A stretch of DNA of 43,879 nucleotides, taken from assembly GCA_013151795.1 (NCBI GenBank), contig JAADHQ010000030.1, forward strand, positions 1 through 43,879, read 5' to 3'. Made by a program: the position numbers and the translations under genes. Under the pieces are notes generated by a model that worked only from the letters and a program-made list of their open reading frames with translations, was not told the DNA's origin and searched no databases. This document shows positions 42,802 to 43,879 of this stretch, piece after piece (the first letter of the stretch is position 1; every line of letters begins with the position of its first letter). This DNA is from Gammaproteobacteria bacterium (GTDB lineage Bacteria; Pseudomonadota; Gammaproteobacteria; JAADHQ01).

Positions 42802-43879
42802 ATGGATATGATCATTGCCGGGTTGCTGGACTCTATATCACCAGCCAGCCTGATGTTTGTTTTTATCGGAGTTGCAGTCGGGGTACTGATCGGGGCTATT
42901 CCCGGTATTAACGGCCCCATGGCCATCGCCTTATTTATTCCGGTTACCTATTACATGTCGGCGCTCACGGCGATCGGTTTTCTGGTCGGCCTTAATAAGG
43001 GCGCTTTCTTTGGCGGTGCGGTATCGGCCATTTTATTACGTACACCGGGGACACCCGAGGCGGCTGCGACCGCCTGGGATGGCTACCCGCTCACCCAGCA
43101 GGGCAAGGGTGAAAAAGCACTGCGCATGGCACTGTACAGCTCAGTTGCAGGAGACCTTATTTCAACAGTGGTGCTGATTGCGATAGCTGCACCACTTGCT
43201 GCTGTTGCCCTGTTCATGGGGCCGGCAGAAATATTTGCACTGATTTCACTGGCATTGACAGTTATTGCGGGTATTGGTACCTCGTCAATTTGTCGGGGAC
43301 TCATGGCAGCGGGTTTCGGTATATTGGCTGGGCTGATTGGCACCGAGCCTGTTACCGCATTGCCCAGACTGACTTTTGATGTTTATCAACTTGGCGGAGG
43401 ACTCTCGCTCATACCGGTAGCCATAGGCTTGTTAGCCTTTTCAGAAATCCTGTTACAACTTGAAAGATTTACCGGCAAGGGCGGTGGTGATCGTGCCATC
43501 AAATTCTCGCAAAAACCGGAAGATCGGTTGCTGCCGATTAAGGAATTTTTTGCAAGTACAAAGACGTTGTTACGCGGCAGCCTGATTGGTATTGGTGTCG
43601 GTGCAATGCCAGGACTGGGTGCCCCGGTGGCATCGTTCATGTCCTATGATCAGGCGCAGAAGCGATCCAAACATAAGGAAGAATTCGGCAAGGGTCGCCT
43701 GGAAGGCATCGCAGCCTCCGAGTCTGCCAATAGTGCAGTGGTCGGAGCAAGTCTGATCCCGTTGTTTGTTCTGGGTATTCCCGGCAACCTTGCCGTTGCC
43801 ATGCTCATGGGTGCTTTCATGATCCACGGTATGCAACCGGGTCCATTGATGTTCAAGGAAAACGCCCAGCTCATGTACG
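42802..43879 (+). CDS. tctA: TTT large permease TctA (runs off the right edge)
   Basis: Not in the ORF track. Manual translation from ATG 42802 gives GVLIGAIPGING, FGGAVSAILLRTPGTPEAAATAWDGYPL, GAMPGLGA, ESANSA, LGIPG, HGMQPGP. Confidence 0.95.
   Translation, partial: MDMIIAGLLDSISPASLMFVFIGVAVGVLIGAIPGINGPMAIALFIPVTYYMSALTAIGFLVGLNKGAFFGGAVSAILLRTPGTPEAAATAWDGYPLTQQGKGEKALRMALYSSVAGDLISTVVLIAIAAPLAAVALFMGPAEIFALISLALTVIAGIGTSSICRGLMAAGFGILAGLIGTEPVTALPRLTFDVYQLGGGLSLIPVAIGLLAFSEILLQLERFTGKGGGDRAIKFSQKPEDRLLPIKEFFASTKTLLRGSLIGIGVGAMPGLGAPVASFMSYDQAQKRSKHKEEFGKGRLEGIAASESANSAVVGASLIPLFVLGIPGNLAVAMLMGAFMIHGMQPGPLMFKENAQLMY

Overview
Chromosomal replication-origin region of an AT-rich gammaproteobacterium. 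The accessory genes (SqrR/BigR-type ArsR, rhodanese, TusA, DUF302, DUF2892) suggest a sulfur-handling lineage, but that is inference. Left arm: gpmI (partial), ArsR-rhodanese-secB-gpsA, sseB, trmL, class 1 pyrD, ntrC-ntrB-DUF4124-glnA with sigma54 promoters and NtrC sites, a CDF/TusA/PP-loop thiolase-like trio, glyQS-MazG-gmhB-plsC, DUF2189, and yaaA-gyrB-recF-dnaN-dnaA with two perfect parS sites in recF and DnaA-box clusters on both sides of dnaA. Right arm: rpmH-rnpA-yidD-yidC-mnmE-mnmG-rsmG-parAB interleaved with three exported-protein genes, a third DnaA-box cluster, small accessory genes, and a GC-richer module made of a CooA-type (RQT helix, no haem motif) Crp regulator, a matching TGTCG-N6-CGACA operator and a divergent tctCBA transporter. 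Most of the window is ordinary housekeeping. I saw no CRISPR array, rRNA, intact tRNA, integrase or transposase. The best candidates for undescribed biology are the Crp/TTT module, an exported alpha/beta hydrolase with a rewritten catalytic triad, the PP-loop/TusA/CDF operon, a GmhB lacking its nucleophile, and the extra DnaA-box cluster. All calls come from motif recognition by eye, with no database searches.
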